Below the pieces are notes generated by a model. The model did not search any database and was not told the origin of the DNA. It saw only the letters and a program-made list of their open reading frames with translations. A stretch of DNA of 64,000 nucleotides from Isurus oxyrinchus. Lineage: Eukaryota. A program made the translations under genes and the position numbers. Below, one piece after another: positions 63,785-64,000 of the stretch. The DNA is taken from positions 28,272,001-28,336,000 of the forward strand of contig JANJGN010000024.1 in NCBI GenBank assembly GCA_026770705.1, written 5' to 3'. Within the stretch, counting starts at the first letter, position 1. Each line of letters starts with the position of its first letter.

Positions 63785-63930
63785 AAATTATTTATTCATG
63801 GGATATGGCCATCGCTGACTAGGCTAACATTTATTGCCCATCCCTAATTGTCCTTGAGAAGATAGTGGTGTGCTGCTTTCTTGAACCACATGTTGTAGGA
63901 ACACCCATACTGCTGTTAGGAAAGGAAGAT
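63785..63930 (-). mobile_element. LINE A 3' tail
   Basis: ttattcatgggat...catttattgcccatccctaattg matches 2400-2550. Confidence 0.8.
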
Positions 63931-64000
63931 GAGATCACTTAATAGCGTTATGAGGATGTGCGCTAAATATACAGTTTCTATTTTTTCTCTTTCTTGCTGC

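Noticed and set aside
1-64000. CRISPR array, operon or other prokaryotic system
   Set aside because: No regularly spaced direct repeats and no gene-dense coding structure. The sequence is vertebrate repeat-rich DNA

Overview
Vertebrate, repeat-rich, non-coding DNA (intron or intergenic). The repeat mix (CR1 and L2 LINEs, a Deu-domain SINE, Penelope-type termini, Harbinger elements) suggests a shark or other elasmobranch; this is an inference. No host exon could be supported. The main structure is a complete but decayed 4.6-kb PIF/Harbinger DNA transposon (23448-28073, TTG target-site duplication). It carries a HARBI1-like transposase on the minus strand and a spliced Myb/SANT-like gene on the plus strand. 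About 20 non-autonomous elements (MITEs of about 117 bp and about 600-770 bp) share its GGGCAGAATTTT-type termini. The most unusual signal is a young, short Penelope-like repeat carrying a minimal hammerhead-ribozyme fold with a fixed non-canonical core (CUGUCGA). It occurs as near-perfect palindromes with 14-bp target duplications. Two older copies of the related element were each hit by a Harbinger MITE right after the predicted ribozyme cleavage triplet. Coordinates were read by eye; ends of decayed repeats are approximate.
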